Positions 23,223 to 24,000 of a stretch of DNA of 24,000 nt are shown here, piece by piece. The notes beneath the pieces were generated by a model that saw only the letters and a program-made list of their open reading frames with translations, did no database searches and was not told the origin of the DNA. The position numbers were made by a program, and so were the translations under genes. How positions within the stretch are numbered: position 1 is the stretch's first letter; each line of letters starts with the position of its first letter. Origin of the DNA: Collinsella sp. (GTDB lineage Bacteria > Actinomycetota > Coriobacteriia > Coriobacteriales > Coriobacteriaceae); assembly GCA_047025555.1 (NCBI GenBank), contig JBKYCW010000002.1, forward strand, positions 318,190 through 342,189. The letters are read 5' to 3'.

Positions 23223-24000
23223 TTACTTTTCCTGTTCGCGCAGCCCCTTCGCCAAGGCTATGTTGGACAGTTTGAGTTCGCCATTCGTTACCGTAACAGC
23301 AAGCGAGTGGCCGAACTTCTCGCAGACGCGTGTCGTGAGTGCGGTACCGTCGAGGTAGAGGACGAGGATGTTGTCGTCAACGATGAGCTGCAGGTGGTAA
23401 GAACGCCCGGACTCGAGCCAGACTGGCCTCCAAAGCCCCTTATCCATTACGCGGAACCACTTGTAACAGGGGCTCTTGTCGAACGAGAGCCGATTCGCGT
23501 CGAGGTCGAAGCGGTATTCGTACGACTCGTCGGTCTCGAGATTCTTGTAGGCTCGAATTGAGAAGTCGCAAGCGTCCCTGAACGTCACGTCTGCCTCGAA
23601 GCAGAAGATCTCGCCTGCGTTTTCGGTGATTACGCACTCCGTTCGTTCGTGGTCTCCGCGAAGCTCGATATCCGGGACGGCATCAGGGCACTCGAACGCA
23701 TCCTTTATGCTTTGGGGAGGGCGAACGCCGAGGGTGCCATTGGGGCGCTGGTACACCTCATGGGGCATAAACGAGCCACCCCAAAGCCAGTTGGCCCGGT
23801 CATCGTCGTTCTCGCGCGTGGGGACCCAGCCGGACAGAATCCTGCGCGATCCGTCGAAGGCGGTCCGTCCGGCGTAATACGCCCTCCCGTCGAAGGCGTC
23901 ATCTCTCGGCTTCTCCCACGGACCGTAGAGATCGCGGCTCATGCGGTAGACGATCTTGTTCTCGTCGCTGTACTCAGAGTAGACCAGGTACCACCAATCG
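23223..24000 (-). CDS. Glycoside hydrolase family 32 (beta-fructofuranosidase/levanase/sucrose-6-P hydrolase type), C-terminal part; the 5' end lies outside the window
   Basis: The frame stays open upstream of the track Met to the window edge (..DWWYLVYSEYSDENKIVYRMSRDLYGPWEKP..). That segment is typical of the GH32 propeller-to-beta-sandwich junction, and a beta-sandwich-like C-terminus follows. The stop is TAA at 23223-23225. Confidence 0.75.
   Translation of the reverse strand, partial: DWWYLVYSEYSDENKIVYRMSRDLYGPWEKPRDDAFDGRAYYAGRTAFDGSRRILSGWVPTRENDDDRANWLWGGSFMPHEVYQRPNGTLGVRPPQSIKDAFECPDAVPDIELRGDHERTECVITENAGEIFCFEADVTFRDACDFSIRAYKNLETDESYEYRFDLDANRLSFDKSPCYKWFRVMDKGLWRPVWLESGRSYHLQLIVDDNILVLYLDGTALTTRVCEKFGHSLAVTVTNGELKLSNIALAKGLREQEK

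Noticed and set aside
1-24000. Mobile elements, CRISPR arrays, tRNA or rRNA genes, or defence-system genes
   Set aside because: There are no transposase, integrase or recombinase-like ORFs and no terminal inverted repeats. There are no regularly spaced repeats other than the two 21-mers at 18789/18839, and no cloverleaf-like or rRNA-like segments.

Overview
High-GC (about 60-65%) actinobacterial-type chromosome segment, and the gene content looks Coriobacteriia-like (inference). It has three blocks.

(1) 1-3.7 kb: the 3' end of an unknown, lower-GC CDS converges on dnaX (minus strand). A YcxB-like membrane protein gene is divergent from dnaX.

(2) 3.8-13.9 kb, plus strand: a tightly coupled cell-wall/division signalling operon. 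Its order is an unusual Ser/Thr kinase with a polytopic membrane domain, an FhaA-like FHA protein, an FhaB-like FHA protein, a PP2C phosphatase (PstP-like), one ORF fusing a SEDS (RodA/FtsW) protein to a class-B PBP, and then PknB with four PASTA repeats and a clean terminator.

(3) 14.0-24.0 kb, minus strand: an accessory carbohydrate block.
- a partial GH32 beta-fructosidase gene
- a LevR-architecture regulator (HTH, AAA+, PRD, EIIA-Man, EIIB, PRD) whose AAA+ module lacks the GAFTGA sigma-54 contact loop
- a GntR/HutC (FrlR-like) regulator
- a promoter flanked by two 21-nt direct repeats
- an frl-like Amadori-compound operon: a YfcC-family transporter, then FrlC-like, FrlB-like and FrlD-like genes

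No rRNA, tRNA, CRISPR array or mobile element was seen. Most long antisense ORFs in the track are high-GC artefacts.

The items most worth follow-up are the degenerate LevR-like regulator beside a non-PTS fructosamine operon, the YfcC-type transporter in that operon, the SEDS-bPBP fusion, and the non-RD polytopic kinase. All homology calls come from reading motifs by eye; no database search was run.
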